Source: a bacterium (GTDB taxonomy: Bacteria > Desulfobacterota > Binatia > UBA1149 > CAITLU01). From it: a stretch of 42,183 bases of DNA. Both the position numbers and the translations under genes were made by a program. The stretch is taken from assembly GCA_003354045.1 (NCBI GenBank), contig PIVZ01000002.1:1-42183 (forward strand), read 5' to 3'. Shown in pieces: positions 31,384-40,924 of this stretch. Numbering within the stretch: position 1 is the first letter of the stretch; every line of letters begins with the position of its first letter. Below the pieces are notes generated by a model, which ran no database searches, was not told the DNA's origin, and was given only the letters and a program-made list of their open reading frames with translations.

Positions 31384-34300
31384 ATGGCTGGTGTGTTCGA
31401 GAGCCCTGAGTTTCTGGGAATGCCTGAGGAGAAGCAGCTCGACTATCTCCGCGAGCGCAGCCCTCAGTTTGCCGAACTCCACACTTCGAGTCCCAGCGAG
31501 GCGTTGGCGCTCCTGCGCTCTCGCACCCAGAAGCCGGAGAGCGAGAAGTCCGCTGTGGGGGAATCCATACGCCAGTTTGGGTCTGGGCTTGGCGAGTCGA
31601 TGACCGACGTCGCGGCGCTTCCGTTTGATGCTGCGGAGTGGGTGGCTTCGAAGGCCGGCAGCGAGTGGTCGACGGACCGCGACGATCGGATTGAGTCCTA
31701 CGCTGCCGAGAAGTTCCCGGCCCCCACGACGACCGAGGGCAAAGTGGCTCGCGAGATCGGGTATTGGTCCGGCGCCGGCCTCCAGACGTACCTCACGGGC
31801 GGCGTACTGGGCTGGGCTGCACGTTTCCCCGGCATGGCGAAGGCTGGCAAGGTCGGGAAGCTTCTCTCAGGAGGGGCGAAGGTAGAGGCTGCAACGGCTC
31901 TGGGTGGTGGTTCTGCAGCTGCCGCGGTGGAAGTGGGGATGGATGATACGAATCCCGCCAAGCCGCTCTACAAGCTTGGAGCTTCGATTCTTGCCGCGGG
32001 TGGTCTTGGCATTGCGGTGGCCGCTCGAGGTGCTGCGAAGCGCTCTCGTCTCGAAAGGACGGCAGGGGGGGAGCAGCCGCCTTCTCCTACGGGAGAGGAT
32101 CTTCCCCTGCTTCCTTCTGAGGCGGATCTTGCGGGGATAAAACCCCAGTCCGCTGCACTCGACGCGGTCGACGAAGTTCGCACGAACGAACTGAACGAGA
32201 TCCACGGGATGAGTGGGGACCCCGCGGAGTCGATGGCTAGGTGGAACGCCGACGTTCGCGAGTCGGGGCAGCTCGAGATGGCGGGGTTCTTCCCTGACGA
32301 CGTGCAGCAAAGTCTCTCGGATCCGAAGCTCAGGACCCTCATCAACGGGATCACCGCGGTGATCGACGAGGCTGGACTCCCCCACGATCTAACCCAGCGG
32401 TTCTACCCGCAGCTCATGTCGGCGATGAAGCAGGTCCCTCGTGATCAGGCCGACCTCATCCTCGCGAAGTTCGATACGAGCCTTCCTGAGCTCGCCGCCC
32501 TGGAAAATCCGCTAGGCGCGTCGGCTTCGATGGCAGGCCGGGCCCTTCAGGCCTTTCAGGCGGGACGCAAGCGTCTCCGCAAGCTTCTGACGAAGAAGGT
32601 CGACGCCGGCGACGCGGATCCGGCCGAGATTGCGATGTTGCAGCAGATCGGCGGCCCGGACGTCGCGATGAGGCAGGCTTGGAACCCGCCTTGGAAGCGG
32701 CTCGAAAACGTGCGACGTGGACTGTTGGTGACCCAGGTCGCCACCGCGATGCGGAACTTCGAGACCCAGGCGGCGAACCTCACGCTCCACGCGCTCGAGG
32801 ACACGTTCGAAGCCGGGATCCAGAGCCTCGTCCCTCGGTGGGGCGGACCCTCAGCGTTCATCCCGAGCGTCAAACAGGCTTGGAACTCGTGGTTCCGGAT
32901 GGCCGATTCGCTCACGCCAGGCCAGGCCAAGGGCTTCAATCAGATGGCGGCGGTCGAGGGGGAGCTGAGCGGCAAGACCCAAGTCATGTCGAAGTTGGAG
33001 GAACTTGTCGATTCCGGCACGGCCACCGACGCGAATAAGGCGATGTTGCGCGAACTGCAGAAGACGAAGCCCTCGGATGTGGGTGCGCTTGAGGGATTCG
33101 ACAACTACGCCCAGGCACTCGACGTCCCGATGGCAGACCGGGTGCTGATGGAGCCGCTCACGGGCTCCTTCAACGCCGACATCCTGATCAACCCGGAGCC
33201 TGGGGCCCTCGGTGGTCTCGAACGGCTGACGCTGAAGCTCAACACGATGAACAGGGCTCAGGAGCAGATGTTTCGTCGGTCGGTCTTCACCGCGGAGCTA
33301 GACCGGGTGCTCGCCGCCAAGGGCCAGTCACTCGACGGTCTCATCGACGCCGGTCAGATCGGAACCCTTGATCGCGGAGACATCAAGCAGGCCATCGGCA
33401 AGTCGTTGGAGATGACCTACGCCAAGGAGTTCGATCGCAACGCCCACGGTGCGGAAGGGGTGGTGGGGACGGCGATCCACCTCGTGAACCGATCGGGACT
33501 CGGGCCGTTCCGGCTCACCCAGGTCATCCCGTTCCCGCGCTTCATGGCGAATTCGCTGAAGTGGCAGTACGAACATTCTCCGCTTCGTCTCGTGAAGGCG
33601 CTCTTCTCCCCTGATGATTGGAGAGCGATCGGGCGGGGTGAGGTGAAGCCTCTCATCACGGGCACGGTGGGCATGGGGATGTTTGGGGCAGCTTACCAGG
33701 CGCGCAACTCCGAGTACGCAGGAGAGCGATGGTACGAAGTCAGGCCTCCTGAGCAGGTTGCCGAAGCGCTGAACCTCGTGAACGAGAAGGGCGAGATTGG
33801 CACGATTGACGTGCGGCCGTTCAACCCGTTTGCGTCGTATCTCTTCGCCGCAGATTTGGTGACTCGCGCTCGGGACCAGACGCTTCCCTCGATGACGACT
33901 CGCGACATGATGATGGGGATCGCCTCGATCAATCTTCGTGCTGGGGCTGGGATGTTCGTGTTGGACAAGTTCCTCGATCAGATAGGCCAAGTCGCCTCCG
34001 GCAACGCGAACCCCGAGGACGACCTCATCAGTGCACTCACCCAAGGCACGGGCGAGTACCTCGGGGCTGCTTGGTCGGGGATGTTCGTGCCGTTCCAGCA
34101 ACTCCGCGACATCGCCGCGAACTTCGACGAGATGACGGGGATGGACAACCAGACGATTCGCGACACCGCCGACGCTCCGTTTGCAGGCGCACTTGCACGC
34201 AAGCTCCCCGGTGCCGACGAGAACCTCCCTCCGGTCGAGCTTCCCACCCGAGAGGCAGCACCTCGCTCGATTGGCGGGAATTGGCGCCAAGGGCTCGGGC

Positions 34301-34701
34301 TCACGATGAGAGACCCGAAGAACCCGGCAGAGCGAGAGTTCGATCGCCTTGGCTTCTCCCGCTCGAACATCCTCCAGTCCTCAGGTGATCACAAGTGGGA
34401 CCAGCTCAACGCCAAACACATGGGACCTCTGGTCGAGAAGCACATCTCTCCATTCGTCCAGTCCGAGCGGTATCAGCGGGCCAGCAACGAAGAGAAGTTC
34501 GTCGCTCTTGAGCAGCGCATGGCCAGGGTCCGAGCGATAGCCAAGCGCAAGGCCACATCGGAAGACTTCGAACTCGCACGCAAGGTGTACTACGCCAGGG
34601 AGAAGAAGAGCAGGAAGCGTCTTCGGCGAGCGAGAGAGCGAGAGAATGATACTCTGGAACGAGAGGCTCGGCTTGGCGCCGAACTCGAAGGGGCAGGTTG
34701 A
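31384..34701 (+). CDS. Large internal / DNA-ejection protein.
   Basis: 1105 aa. Follows the SLT gene, like the body of T7 gp16. Call rests on size and position. Confidence 0.6.
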   Translation: MAGVFESPEFLGMPEEKQLDYLRERSPQFAELHTSSPSEALALLRSRTQKPESEKSAVGESIRQFGSGLGESMTDVAALPFDAAEWVASKAGSEWSTDRDDRIESYAAEKFPAPTTTEGKVAREIGYWSGAGLQTYLTGGVLGWAARFPGMAKAGKVGKLLSGGAKVEAATALGGGSAAAAVEVGMDDTNPAKPLYKLGASILAAGGLGIAVAARGAAKRSRLERTAGGEQPPSPTGEDLPLLPSEADLAGIKPQSAALDAVDEVRTNELNEIHGMSGDPAESMARWNADVRESGQLEMAGFFPDDVQQSLSDPKLRTLINGITAVIDEAGLPHDLTQRFYPQLMSAMKQVPRDQADLILAKFDTSLPELAALENPLGASASMAGRALQAFQAGRKRLRKLLTKKVDAGDADPAEIAMLQQIGGPDVAMRQAWNPPWKRLENVRRGLLVTQVATAMRNFETQAANLTLHALEDTFEAGIQSLVPRWGGPSAFIPSVKQAWNSWFRMADSLTPGQAKGFNQMAAVEGELSGKTQVMSKLEELVDSGTATDANKAMLRELQKTKPSDVGALEGFDNYAQALDVPMADRVLMEPLTGSFNADILINPEPGALGGLERLTLKLNTMNRAQEQMFRRSVFTAELDRVLAAKGQSLDGLIDAGQIGTLDRGDIKQAIGKSLEMTYAKEFDRNAHGAEGVVGTAIHLVNRSGLGPFRLTQVIPFPRFMANSLKWQYEHSPLRLVKALFSPDDWRAIGRGEVKPLITGTVGMGMFGAAYQARNSEYAGERWYEVRPPEQVAEALNLVNEKGEIGTIDVRPFNPFASYLFAADLVTRARDQTLPSMTTRDMMMGIASINLRAGAGMFVLDKFLDQIGQVASGNANPEDDLISALTQGTGEYLGAAWSGMFVPFQQLRDIAANFDEMTGMDNQTIRDTADAPFAGALARKLPGADENLPPVELPTREAAPRSIGGNWRQGLGLTMRDPKNPAEREFDRLGFSRSNILQSSGDHKWDQLNAKHMGPLVEKHISPFVQSERYQRASNEEKFVALEQRMARVRAIAKRKATSEDFELARKVYYAREKKSRKRLRRARERENDTLEREARLGAELEGAG

Positions 34702-36809
34702 TGGCAGAATTCAAAGACTACGAAATCGTGTCGGCAGACAACGACGCGGCACCTCCTGGCGGCGCCCCGGAAGAGATGGATCGAGCGGATGCCAATGACG
34801 TGATGCGCGAGATGATGGGCGCGATGGCCCGTGATACTCGTGGAGTGGCGACGGGTGGTGGTGCTTGGCGTGACCCCAACGAGGGCAACACGATTACTCG
34901 TGTGTCAGACACAGAAATCTCCATCGCCGTCGTGGACGTCACGCTGCAGTTCGTGGCCAATCGCAAGGTTCGGATCGACTACGCCACCGGGAACAACGGC
35001 TACGCCTTCGTGACGAGTTCGTCGTTCTCAGGCGGTTCCACCAACGTGATCCTAGAGGACTTCGATGGAGCCGGTGCCGATAGCGTAGTGCGCTCCGGGG
35101 TAGTCATCAACGAGGTCACATTTTCCTCCCTATTCGGAGACTCCACTGACGGGCAAGCCGGCCGACAGGCGTACGAAGACGAAGAGTCTGCCTTCGTCGT
35201 CCCGAGTGCCCTTACCTCGACAGCCATCGCAGCCGCTTTGACCTCGGCATCCTCCTCTGGCAAGACGGTGTTGCTCCAGAAGGGAACCTACGACATCACA
35301 TCGGTGATCTCGGTACCCGACAACGCCCACATCCTCGGACTTGGTGTTGGGGTATCCATCCTGATGCCCAAGACAGACCTGAACGATGCCGTATTCGAAC
35401 TCGTAGACAGCGCCTCCGACGTATCATTTGAGAACTTCGAGATCGATGGCAATGCGGCGAACCAGACCACCGCGGGTATCGCAATCGAAAGCGGCGAGGC
35501 GAATGTTCGAATCTTGATGCGCGATCTATACATCCACGACATCTACGCAGGCGGGATCCAGTTTGCTCCGTCAGTGACTTCCGTGAAGGGTCTCACTATC
35601 GAGGAGTGCGTATTCGAGGACACAGGCGGCGATGCGATTCGGATTGAGAATCCCGACTCGGTGGGATCCGACGTGTTCATGTCGAACGTATCCATCGTGG
35701 ATTACGGAGTAGGTGGGGCTGCGCTGCTTACAGCAGACGGCATTTCCTCCGCAATCAATCTTGGCATGATCGGCTGCCGGATCACTGTGAACTCGAACTT
35801 CCACACTGGCGCCGGGATCCATTGCCGCAGCGCAGGAGGTGACCATCTCACAGACGTTGACATCACAGGTTCGCTCGCAGCGGCCAGCACGACCTACGGA
35901 CTCATCATAGAGGGAGACAAATGCGACATCTTGGGATGCAGCTTCTCGCTGGCTGAAGGTTCTGGCACTGCGGTTCCGTTCGAGCTGCGCGGCGACCACA
36001 ACTCGCTGTATAACTCGTCGATCAATGATGGATCCTCGTGCTCTATCACTGGCGATCACAACCACATCTCCAACTGCCACATACTAGACACGGGCAGCAT
36101 CTCCGAGGATGTGGCGGCAATCAACAACATCATCCATGCGTGCGTGTTCGACAACATGCCCGACAAGTGCGTGGAGTTGGCCGGCACAGACTCGATCGTT
36201 CGCGGCTGCACGTTCACGAGTTGGGCCGTGGTGACGTCAAGTTCCTACGCTGTGACGCTGTCTGGCGCGAGGAATATCGAGTACGGCAACCTCTACCAAG
36301 GCCACACCGCAACCGCGCCGGACGTGTCTGCCACCGGAACATTCCCTGGCACTGGAGCGTTTTTTCATGATGCGATTGCCTCGACCCAAAATCTCCCCCT
36401 TTCTCCCGGGGTAGCCATCGAAGGCGACTCCGGGACGCTGGAAGGCGTCAACTGGCCACTTCCGCCAAATGGCAAGAGGAGATTTGTCATCGATGCGTAC
36501 GTGTCGATCGACTTCGCTGGCAGTAACACGGTTGGACTGGCTGTACGCAACGGGACAATTGGTAATATCAGCGACGCCATCATGATCCCAGCCCAAGCGA
36601 TCTATTCCAAGGCAGGAGGTGCTGGCTATGGGACTCTAATCCTGGGTGCGTGCATAGTGACTCCGGCGGTAAATACGACGTTCACAGTCGCAGCGTTCTC
36701 AACAGCGGACAGCGTTGACGATGTTCGCCCAAATAACTGGAATGTGGCTGTTTTTGACTCGAATGCCGCCTTCCCGTCGTATGTCACCGTGAGATACTTG
36801 GACGGGTGA
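34698..36809 (+). CDS. Tailspike/tail fibre with a right-handed parallel beta-helix (pectate-lyase-like) domain.
   Basis: 703 aa. GKTVLLQKGTYDITSVISVPDNAHILGLG ... VSFENFEIDGNAANQ ... repeated short beta-helix rungs. Confidence 0.8.
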   Translation: MMAEFKDYEIVSADNDAAPPGGAPEEMDRADANDVMREMMGAMARDTRGVATGGGAWRDPNEGNTITRVSDTEISIAVVDVTLQFVANRKVRIDYATGNNGYAFVTSSSFSGGSTNVILEDFDGAGADSVVRSGVVINEVTFSSLFGDSTDGQAGRQAYEDEESAFVVPSALTSTAIAAALTSASSSGKTVLLQKGTYDITSVISVPDNAHILGLGVGVSILMPKTDLNDAVFELVDSASDVSFENFEIDGNAANQTTAGIAIESGEANVRILMRDLYIHDIYAGGIQFAPSVTSVKGLTIEECVFEDTGGDAIRIENPDSVGSDVFMSNVSIVDYGVGGAALLTADGISSAINLGMIGCRITVNSNFHTGAGIHCRSAGGDHLTDVDITGSLAAASTTYGLIIEGDKCDILGCSFSLAEGSGTAVPFELRGDHNSLYNSSINDGSSCSITGDHNHISNCHILDTGSISEDVAAINNIIHACVFDNMPDKCVELAGTDSIVRGCTFTSWAVVTSSSYAVTLSGARNIEYGNLYQGHTATAPDVSATGTFPGTGAFFHDAIASTQNLPLSPGVAIEGDSGTLEGVNWPLPPNGKRRFVIDAYVSIDFAGSNTVGLAVRNGTIGNISDAIMIPAQAIYSKAGGAGYGTLILGACIVTPAVNTTFTVAAFSTADSVDDVRPNNWNVAVFDSNAAFPSYVTVRYLDG

Positions 36810-36816
36810 GAAATGT

Positions 36817-37548
36817 ATGTGGTCGAAGCAGCGGCAGAGGATTGAGCGCCTTGAGGGACTCCGGGTAGGTGAACTGTTCCTGCGCGATGCTCGGGATCTA
36901 AAGACCGCTGAATACACACCGAAGGAATTGGCACCCGTTCGGAGAGCGTGGGGATTGCTCCATTCGTTCATGGCCAAGCGACGACCTGGGGTCCAGACCT
37001 GCGCGGCGAGCACGGTGATTCAGGACGGATACCACGAGGCCTTTGCGAGTTACCAGAAGGACCACCTCGACGCAACCACCGACGACTTTGAACTGGCGTA
37101 CGATCCAATCATCGACGACACGCTTGCAGACCCGCGTCTGCACACACTTACGTTTGTAGTCTCAATTGTGGGGAGCGGGGAACTCGCTGGGCTCTTCCAC
37201 CTCCACAACATCCGGGTCTTGGAGTCTTCGCCAAGGGCCCTCGTGGTGAGTGCGATGGCGTCGCCTGCATTCAAGACTCGACGCGGCTTCATCCACCCCG
37301 ACGATCTCGGACCCCTGATGAACGCGCTGCTGGAGCGTGACATCAAGTTCCGCGACAGCTCCCGCGTCTTCGACATGAAGGAATGGATCTTCCCGACAGA
37401 CCGCCGGGGGCATACCTGGGTAGATCGTGGTCCTATGGAGACCTGCGCGCTGACCCTGGGACACCTCGACGACCACGACCGCACCGACAAGACCGTCGAA
37501 GGCCAGGCGGCGCCGCATCGGATCACACGCAAGGCTGTGAGGCGGTAG
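36817..37548 (+). CDS. Hypothetical protein downstream of the tailspike.
   Basis: 243 aa. Operon position and protein-like composition. Confidence 0.6.
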   Translation: MWSKQRQRIERLEGLRVGELFLRDARDLKTAEYTPKELAPVRRAWGLLHSFMAKRRPGVQTCAASTVIQDGYHEAFASYQKDHLDATTDDFELAYDPIIDDTLADPRLHTLTFVVSIVGSGELAGLFHLHNIRVLESSPRALVVSAMASPAFKTRRGFIHPDDLGPLMNALLERDIKFRDSSRVFDMKEWIFPTDRRGHTWVDRGPMETCALTLGHLDDHDRTDKTVEGQAAPHRITRKAVRR

Positions 37549-37550
37549 GC

Positions 37551-38681
37551 GTGGCCTTGAACCTCTCCACATTCCACCCGCACCACGCTACGAGTGAGAA
37601 CGCCGATGCGTGGGCAACGCACAGCAGTACCACGGCCAACGATCCGGCCGGCGCGACAGTTCGGATCGGTCTCGGGGCGAAGGACGTGGGCAAGAGTTCG
37701 CTCGCAACCCGGTACGACCTATCGGTCCCCACGACGGGGCTGGCGATCACCAGCAGAGCCATCATCACGAGGGCGATGTTTTCATTCACAGTCTCGGAGC
37801 AAGCGATCACATCTGACGGGCTCGGCCACTTCTCGGTAGGCATCGATGCGGGCACTGGGGACTGGTTCGACGGTGGTTACTCGGCGGCCATCTGCCCGAC
37901 GCGGGACGATGTCCCGCACTTCAGCGACGACAACGACGTGATCCACCCGGGGACGATGTTCGGTGATACGTGGATCGTAGGGACGATCCTGTATGCCGCG
38001 GCTACCTACACGGTCGGGAGCGCGCAGTTCGCGGGCCAGGGCTTCCCGATCTTCTTTGGTACAAACGCCGATCGCCTGCAGAATCTGACCAGCGAGCTCA
38101 ACAGGTGGATCTCGCGTCCCGCATTCGCCGACTCCCAGGTGATCTGCATCGGGTTTGACTCGCGGTTCGTGCCACCTCCGGGAGGGGATGAATTCTTCGG
38201 CCTCTACAGTTCGGACGCTCCCGCCTTCCCTGGCGTGGGCTTCATCATCGAGTGGGAAGAGCTGCCATCCATCATCACGACCAAGGGGTTCGAAGCGGGC
38301 CCCTCGGTAACGGACGCTGGAATGGAGTCTGGCGCCTCAGTAACGACCGTAGGAACATCAGCGGGTCCTTCCTTGACAACCTCAGGTCTAAGGGGGATTC
38401 CCTCTATGGAGGCATTCGGGATAGACGCTGAGCCTGCATTGTCGGGGGGTCTGATTACGGCGGGCCGCTCGATGACGAATCGAGGTCTCGAGGCTGATTC
38501 TTCAGTGTCGAATTTTGGGATAGCGACGGAGGCTGAAACCTCCATATCAATCGAGGGGTTTGAGGCTGGAGCCTCTGTGGTAAGTTCACCATTGGCAGCT
38601 GCTCCCTCCATCTCCAGCAAGGCCCTCGAGCCGGGTCCCGCGATAGAGTCCAGATTGAAGATGAAGGAGCACGACGCATGA
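37551..38681 (+). CDS. Fibre-like protein with 11 C-terminal repeats of 11 aa.
   Basis: 376 aa from GTG 37551, 2 nt after the upstream stop. Repeats KGFEAGPSVTD / AGMESGASVTT / VGTSAGPSLTT ... Confidence 0.6.
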   Translation: MALNLSTFHPHHATSENADAWATHSSTTANDPAGATVRIGLGAKDVGKSSLATRYDLSVPTTGLAITSRAIITRAMFSFTVSEQAITSDGLGHFSVGIDAGTGDWFDGGYSAAICPTRDDVPHFSDDNDVIHPGTMFGDTWIVGTILYAAATYTVGSAQFAGQGFPIFFGTNADRLQNLTSELNRWISRPAFADSQVICIGFDSRFVPPPGGDEFFGLYSSDAPAFPGVGFIIEWEELPSIITTKGFEAGPSVTDAGMESGASVTTVGTSAGPSLTTSGLRGIPSMEAFGIDAEPALSGGLITAGRSMTNRGLEADSSVSNFGIATEAETSISIEGFEAGASVVSSPLAAAPSISSKALEPGPAIESRLKMKEHDA

Positions 38682-39535
38682 GTCTAAAACGCTACGCAGG
38701 CAACCTGATCCGGTACGTGGGTCCGGTACTCGTCTCCACCAATACCGCGCTCGACGAATCCAACACCGACAGCCGCACTCTTCGCCTCTACATCGAGAAC
38801 TTCGGCATGACCACCATTGTTGCGAAGACCATGACGGTCGACGCTGACGCGGCGATCAGTTCCGGCTCGTTCACGATGCCCTACTACGCGGTGGCGTGGC
38901 TCGAGGTCGGCGACGAGATCGAGTGGACGAATGAATACGGCGAGCGGCGCACTGCGACGATCACGGTGGTCACCCCAGCCAACGACAGGTACACCCCGGC
39001 CACCAACACCACGGCGGTGTCTTTCACCCCGGTAAATACCGACATCATCCGCGAAGGCACCGAGATCCGGATGATCAAGAAGGGTGCCGACAACGTGAAG
39101 ATCCCGGTTCAGCTCACTGCCGATGCTCCGGTGGGTGCCTCGCTCCAGGCCGAGATCGAGACCGACACCATCGGCGCAAACCAGACTGTTTCGATCGATG
39201 CCGACGACGCAGTGCCTTGGGTGGAAGCTACGTTTGAGGGGGAGACTGCCCCCAACCAGGAACTATTCAGGATCTTGGACGTCACGGGGCTTTCGGGTGG
39301 CGGCACGATCTCTCCCGGCCGGCGGGTTCGCGTGCAGCTCGGCAGCGATATCGCCATGACCGAATACGGGACTGCAGTGGCGGGGGCCGACGACTACGGG
39401 TTCGAGGGCACGATTCCAGACACGTTGACCCCATCCCAAGCAGCTCAGGCGATCAGGCTGGAGGTTACCTGCATTGCAACGGCGGGCACCACCAAGGACA
39501 TCTCTTCCATCATTGAATCGTTCGTCGAGGCGTAG
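38678..39535 (+). CDS. Hypothetical structural protein.
   Basis: 285 aa, ATGA overlap. Confidence 0.6.
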   Translation: MSLKRYAGNLIRYVGPVLVSTNTALDESNTDSRTLRLYIENFGMTTIVAKTMTVDADAAISSGSFTMPYYAVAWLEVGDEIEWTNEYGERRTATITVVTPANDRYTPATNTTAVSFTPVNTDIIREGTEIRMIKKGADNVKIPVQLTADAPVGASLQAEIETDTIGANQTVSIDADDAVPWVEATFEGETAPNQELFRILDVTGLSGGGTISPGRRVRVQLGSDIAMTEYGTAVAGADDYGFEGTIPDTLTPSQAAQAIRLEVTCIATAGTTKDISSIIESFVEA

Positions 39536-39549
39536 CGGGAGGTCGTCCA

Positions 39550-39849
39550 ATGTCGCTTGGGAAGATGGGGGTTTCGGACCTCGTCAGCCTGTTCACGCTG
39601 GTTGCCGTCGTCGCGGGTGGCGGGATGTGGATGGCCAAGGCTGACGGAGTCCACGGTGAGCACACTGCCATCGAGAAGACCCTCTCCGAGCACGATCAGG
39701 TTCTCACGCTCCTGAAGGGCAACCTCGCTCAGCGAGAGAATCTGATGGCGACGTACGTGGCATGGTGCGATGGCGGGAAGTTCGGTAAAGAGTCGCCCGA
39801 GTGCGCGCAGGCCAGAATCTGGCAGGCCAGCAAAAGGAGCAACCCGTGA
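39550..39849 (+). CDS. i-spanin-like protein (N-terminal TM plus helical periplasmic part); a holin is the alternative.
   Basis: 99 aa. TM segment LVSLFTLVAVVAGGGMWMA. Immediately precedes a lipoprotein gene. Confidence 0.55.
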   Translation: MSLGKMGVSDLVSLFTLVAVVAGGGMWMAKADGVHGEHTAIEKTLSEHDQVLTLLKGNLAQRENLMATYVAWCDGGKFGKESPECAQARIWQASKRSNP

Positions 39850-40109
39850 AGAGGATCAAGCAACTCGTGACCGTATCTGTCATAGCCTTGGCGCTGGGTG
39901 TGGTTGGATGCCCCAAGAACCCCACGCAGATCGATCCGGATCGCTGTGAGCGGATGGTGGATATTGCCTACGCCCTCGCAGAGGCGGCTACAATCGCGAT
40001 AGACGAGGAAAAGATCGCGAAGGTGCGGAAGTACCGGGCTGTCGTGACGACGTTGGGATCCTTGGGCTGTTCGTTCGTCCCACCTCCGAATGCCCCGGCT
40101 GAGGACTGA
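39846..40109 (+). CDS. o-spanin-like outer-membrane lipoprotein.
   Basis: 87 aa from GTG 39846 (GTGA overlap). Signal peptide KRIKQLVTVSVIALALGVVG followed by Cys (lipobox VVGC). Confidence 0.6.
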   Translation: MKRIKQLVTVSVIALALGVVGCPKNPTQIDPDRCERMVDIAYALAEAATIAIDEEKIAKVRKYRAVVTTLGSLGCSFVPPPNAPAED

Positions 40110-40171
40110 GTCGCTCACAGGCGATCCTCGGGCTTCTCAGAGCCCCCCAGTCCTCTCGGGTCTCACCCCCA

Positions 40172-40447
40172 TTACGATGTGGTGCTTTCCCCGCCATCTG
40201 ATTGTGCGAGGAACGCGAACTTCCGAGGCTCGGCGGGCATGGGCGGCTTGAACGCAGCGTCCAACTCCACGAGCTTCGCGCCGATGGCTCCCCCGATCTC
40301 GTTCACCTCATCCTCCGTGAACTCGTAGGGCTTCGCGTTCCCGCACTTCGCCAGGTGGTCCAGCGCATCGAGCACCTTCTGAACGCGCCCAGGGGCTACG
40401 CTCAGGAATCGCTCGCGCGGGGTCTTCGTCTCTGTTGCTTCTGCCAT
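40172..40447 (-). CDS. Hypothetical protein, last gene of the wrap-around leftward block.
   Basis: 91 aa from ATG 40447 (GAGAGGA upstream). Confidence 0.55.
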   Translation of the reverse strand: MAEATETKTPRERFLSVAPGRVQKVLDALDHLAKCGNAKPYEFTEDEVNEIGGAIGAKLVELDAAFKPPMPAEPRKFAFLAQSDGGESTTS

Positions 40448-40588
40448 GTAGTGGATCCTCTCGTTTGATCGGCAGGAAGGGGCGGCACCGCCGTGATGCC
40501 ACCCCAACCCCGCCAGCCGTGGACTGCCTTCGAGGGTGCTATGAGCCAGGTGGTTGGACACCCGACGACCCGCCCCCCTCGGAGCAGG

Positions 40589-40646
40589 CAGACCCGTCAC
40601 CTACCCCGACTGACGCGCTTGGGTAGGTGGAAGTAGGGCGGGTCTG
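40589..40646. other. Long imperfect hairpin (8-bp outer and 9-bp inner stems).
   Basis: CAGACCCG (40589-96) pairs with CGGGTCTG (40639-46). CACCTACCC (40598-606) pairs with GGGTAGGTG (40621-29). 14-nt loop and a 9-nt 3' bulge. Confidence 0.5.
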
Positions 40647-40702
40647 AACTCTGTGTGGGCCTCCCACCGACTCGCGGGGCTGATGATTATTTCTCCGGTC
40701 CT

Positions 40703-40924
40703 TCATCCCCGTTGTAGTGGACCGCGAAGCATCGCCAGCAGCAACGCACCCGCCACAAGCGAGAGAGCTACCGACGGTTCGGGCACTGCGGTCACGTCGC
40801 TTTGCGGTGACGCTGTTTGCCCATCCGTTGTACTGTAACTGATGGTGAGGTTGCCCTCGGTGTGGACGTGGACCTCATGCACACACTCTGCGCTTGGCAG
40901 ATGTAGTCGGTAGCGAGGCATCAC
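40703..40924 (-). CDS. Small ORF with a PEP-CTERM-like C-terminus; start uncertain.
   Basis: ...DVTAVPEPSVALSLVAGALLLAMLRGP: a VPEP motif, a hydrophobic helix, then a basic residue. No N-terminal signal peptide is seen. Confidence 0.4.
   Translation of the reverse strand: MMPRYRLHLPSAECVHEVHVHTEGNLTISYSTTDGQTASPQSDVTAVPEPSVALSLVAGALLLAMLRGPLQRG

Noticed and set aside
33328-34290. 320-aa ORF on the - strand inside the 1105-aa gene.
   Set aside because: Shadow ORF antisense to a gene embedded in a continuous, translationally coupled operon. No SD and an Arg/His/Val-rich product. The same holds for 24973-25866 (-), 26970-27716 (-), 14614-15378 (-) and 37050-37622 (-).
34698-36809. Diversity-generating retroelement or variable repeat in the tailspike or fibre genes.
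   Set aside because: No reverse transcriptase gene and no template/variable repeat pair were seen. The only internal similarity is the ancient anchor-domain sharing with gene 23481-24392.
40130-40145. Possible bidirectional terminator between the convergent late and leftward blocks (GGGCT-tctcag-AGCCC).
   Set aside because: Only a 5-bp stem and no flanking U/A tracts. Too weak to call.
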